A stretch of DNA of 64,000 nt from a bacterium (GTDB taxonomy: Bacteria; SAR324; NAC60-12): contig CBDBHR010000025.1 in the NCBI GenBank assembly GCA_965205865.1, forward strand, positions 32,001 through 96,000, given 5' to 3'. The notes under the pieces were generated by a model, which saw only the letters and a list, made by a program, of their open reading frames with translations, ran no database searches and was not told the origin of the DNA. Below are positions 62,377 to 64,000 of this stretch, in pieces. The position numbers were made by a program, and so were the translations under genes. The stretch's first letter is position 1. Each line of letters begins with the position of its first letter.

Positions 62377-62610
62377 ATGAATGCGTCGGATTCTCGAAAA
62401 AAATTGATCGTTAAATGTCCCCAATGCGCGAAGCCCATTAACTGGGCAACCGTTTCCTTCCGTCCCTTTTGCTCGAAGCGATGCCAGATTTTGGATCAAG
62501 CAGCATGGGCGGACGGGAAATATCACATTCCCCCCCAACCCGGCGTCTCTGATTCCTCCCACAGTATTGTTCAGTCAACCGGACTGGAACCCTCAGAAGA
62601 AACCAGCTGA
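62377..62610 (+). CDS. yacG: DNA gyrase inhibitor YacG
   Basis: CPQC..FRPFCSKRC..D..AWA..Y.IP. Confidence 0.9.
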   Translation: MNASDSRKKLIVKCPQCAKPINWATVSFRPFCSKRCQILDQAAWADGKYHIPPQPGVSDSSHSIVQSTGLEPSEETS

Positions 62611-62612
62611 AT

Positions 62613-64000
62613 ATGCGTGATCCTCTTACTGGGCCTATTAAAATTCTTCCGGAGCAACTCATCAACAAGATTGCCGCGGGAGAAGTCGTGGAGCGCCCTG
62701 CTTCGATCATCAAAGAATTGGTCGAAAATGCGATCGATGCCGGAGCGGACCAAATCTCGGTGACCATTAAAAATGGTGGCAAGAACCAGATTACCATTCT
62801 GGACAATGGCAGTGGTATGGACGAAGATAATGCGCGCTTGGCCATAGAACGGCATGCCACCAGCAAAATATACGAAGAAAAGGATCTGGATCAAATCGAT
62901 ACATTGGGATTTCGTGGAGAGGCTCTCGCTTCGATCGCGTCGGTGTCCCAGTTCGAACTGTTGACCTGTCATGATGAAAATCAAGGAGGGACGCGACTGC
63001 TGATCAAAGGAGGCGCATTGGAAGCATTGTCGAAGACAGGATTCCCACGGGGTACAAAAATCACCGTCGAGCAACTCTTTTTCAACACGCCGGCGCGTCT
63101 GAAATTCATGAAAACCACCCCAACCGAATTTCGCCACATTCAAGAAACGATCTTGCATCAAGCACTGGCCTGGCCGCGTATCCAATTCCGTTTGACACAC
63201 AACCAACAACTCGTATTCAGCCTCCCCAAAGGAGATTCTCTGGAACAACGCATTTACCAACTCTTCGGCGATGAATTTCAAGATGGTTTGCTTCCCATCG
63301 AGCACGAGGAAACTTATTTACAATATGAAGGATTTCTTTCAGCCCCCACCCATGCCAAATCCACGAAGCGCTGGCAATACCTCTTCGTCAATGACCGTTT
63401 CGTCAAGTGTCCCCCAGTCAACCATGCCGTTTATGACGCCTATCGCACCTTGCTGACGAAAAACCAGCATCCTGTTTTTTTTCTTAAACTTTTTCTGGAT
63501 CCTTCTGAGGTGGATGTGAATGTCCATCCTGCAAAAACAGAAATTCGCTTTCGTAACAGTCATTTGATTCATACTATCCTGGCCGACCACCTGGGAAAAG
63601 CCCTGATGGAAGCGTCGCACCGGCGACATTTTGGCAATCAAATGCAGGCTGCCATGCCCCTTACAACCCCTCCGCCTCGGGATGCGCGTCCCTCGGCACC
63701 GCCTTCAAATGCTTTCCAACCTTCCGTATTGCCCAACCCCCGGCGTTCCATTCTCCAGGAACAAATGGAAATACCCATTCCCTCGGAATCGTTCTCCGGA
63801 AGCAATGCGCAATCAACTTCTTCCCGGGTTTCAAAACAGGGAAATGAGAAAAAAATCAAAAAATCAAAAAAATCAACCCCGCATTTGTCAGAAGCAAAGC
63901 GTCCCGCTTCTCTGAAAGCCGAATCGGACAAAAAGCAGAATCCCATAACTCCTGTCCCCGAGGAGAGCGTCACGAATCAGGCAATCGAACCCCTCTTGCA
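62613..64000 (+). CDS. mutL: DNA mismatch repair protein MutL (runs off window end)
   Basis: NKIAAGEVVERPAS..KELVENAIDAGA, DNGSGM, RHATSK, LGFRGEALASI, VDVNVHPAK.EIRF. Confidence 0.96.
   Translation, partial: MRDPLTGPIKILPEQLINKIAAGEVVERPASIIKELVENAIDAGADQISVTIKNGGKNQITILDNGSGMDEDNARLAIERHATSKIYEEKDLDQIDTLGFRGEALASIASVSQFELLTCHDENQGGTRLLIKGGALEALSKTGFPRGTKITVEQLFFNTPARLKFMKTTPTEFRHIQETILHQALAWPRIQFRLTHNQQLVFSLPKGDSLEQRIYQLFGDEFQDGLLPIEHEETYLQYEGFLSAPTHAKSTKRWQYLFVNDRFVKCPPVNHAVYDAYRTLLTKNQHPVFFLKLFLDPSEVDVNVHPAKTEIRFRNSHLIHTILADHLGKALMEASHRRHFGNQMQAAMPLTTPPPRDARPSAPPSNAFQPSVLPNPRRSILQEQMEIPIPSESFSGSNAQSTSSRVSKQGNEKKIKKSKKSTPHLSEAKRPASLKAESDKKQNPITPVPEESVTNQAIEPLL

Noticed and set aside
1-64000. 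rRNA, tRNA, prophage or defence-system genes
   Set aside because: None recognised by eye; a tRNAscan/Infernal/DefenseFinder run would be needed to exclude them formally.

Overview
Bacterial chromosomal window with two halves. About 1-40.5 kb is an accessory region. It holds a redox/catabolic cluster (five SDRs, CitE-like lyase, ThDP enzyme, acetoacetate-decarboxylase family, LDH2, aldo/keto reductase) and three paralogous family-5 ABC solute-binding proteins (one a pseudogene), two of them with permease pairs but no ATPases. It also carries much mobile debris: an intact IS1380 with TIRs and a 5-bp TSD, a truncated IS1, MITEs, REP-like palindromes, a collapsed group II intron, an Rpn pseudogene and toxin-antitoxin remnants. 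About 40.6-64 kb is core genome (MATE, Usp, gdhA, glgA, glgC, pheT, ROK, argD, folK, FAH, rpsA, dsbD, NtrC-type regulator, yacG, mutL). Most notable: (1) a ~559-bp element with IS200/IS605-type hairpin ends that carries a four-helix-bundle gene instead of a transposase, bracketed by inverted hexamer arrays, and splits a PIN-like gene; (2) a ~41-bp dispersed palindromic repeat found six times in or at housekeeping genes and read in all three frames, with pheT holding several nested in-frame palindrome insertions; (3) tandem promoter-plus-hairpin arrays and a shared pre-RBS hairpin upstream of the SBP genes. All calls were made by eye from motifs; no database searches were run, so novelty is unverified.
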